Shown here: positions 63,858 through 64,000 of the stretch, one piece after another | Layout: every line of letters starts with the position of its first letter | How positions within the stretch are numbered: position 1 is the first letter of the stretch | The notes under the pieces: generated by a model | Told to the model about the DNA's origin: nothing | Database searches by the model: none | What the model saw: only the letters and a program-made list of their open reading frames with translations | Position numbers and translations under genes: made by a program | Assembly (NCBI GenBank): GCA_963795335.1 | Contig: CAWCHI010000010.1 | Location: 453,367 to 517,366 of the forward strand | From: an uncultured Actinomycetota bacterium | Lineage (GTDB): Bacteria > Actinomycetota > Actinomycetes > Streptosporangiales > Streptosporangiaceae | Direction: 5' to 3' | DNA: 64,000 nucleotides

Positions 63858-63867
63858 CGATATATCG
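63858..63867. promoter_or_regulatory. Perfect palindrome CGATATATCG upstream of the terminal partial gene (candidate operator)
   Basis: 10-bp palindrome in an AT-rich intergenic region. Confidence 0.5.
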
Positions 63868-63916
63868 TTGAGATGTCAAGAACGATACAACGATACATTG
63901 AAAGAGGTGACGCGTC

Positions 63917-64000
63917 ATGCGTGACGAGCACCGACGCGGTATGCGAGATGAAGGCTGGGGCCCGTCGCCCCGGCCGGGCGGCCCCGAGTGGGGGCCGCGG
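63917..64000 (+). CDS. 5' start of a gene running off the window (Gly/Pro/Arg-rich N-terminus, possibly a PadR-family regulator)
   Basis: GAGGTG RBS; MRDEHRRGMRDEGWGPSPRPGGPEWGPR. Confidence 0.4.
   Translation, partial: MRDEHRRGMRDEGWGPSPRPGGPEWGPR

Noticed and set aside
182-64000. Numerous long Arg/Pro/Gly-rich alternate-frame and antisense ORFs (e.g. 6583-8610, 13200-15731, 26015-28252, 50074-52128)
   Set aside because: Shadow ORFs expected at ~70% GC; they overlap well-supported genes and lack motifs.

Overview
High-GC actinomycete chromosomal region (gene content and codon style suggest Streptosporangiales; this is inference). Many conserved genes are broken by single-base frameshifts, most likely long-read indel errors. 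Left third: pepA 5' end, Fe3+-type ABC transporter with a ChrB-domain gene and COG4280 permease, peptidase E, DUF5998/phosphodiesterase/rhodanese, a secreted GH16-like protein, a relaxase-like/VirD4-like/J-domain trio, ArsB-like permease, lnt, DUF3145 and an SDR. Middle (21-42 kb): a polymorphic-toxin locus. A giant LamG/RHS/Hint protein ends in a DddA-like dsDNA cytidine deaminase with an Imm1/DddI-like immunity gene. Next come a three-gene tyrosine-recombinase module and stacked orphan Hint-toxin/immunity cassettes. Main finding: the 5212-bp segment 32194-37405 looks like an integrative element whose attachment site (ACTAC) lies inside the Hint coding sequence. It carries its own Hint-half, toxin and immunity gene, so integration would swap the toxin tip in frame. 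Downstream remnants suggest earlier rounds of the same process. Right third: gabD, a nucleotide-sugar/GT2/epimerase operon, and the pafA-FKBP-DUF3866-pafB-pafC-tatA-tatC-helY locus interleaved with three GT-C-like membrane genes, then a cysteine dioxygenase-like gene.
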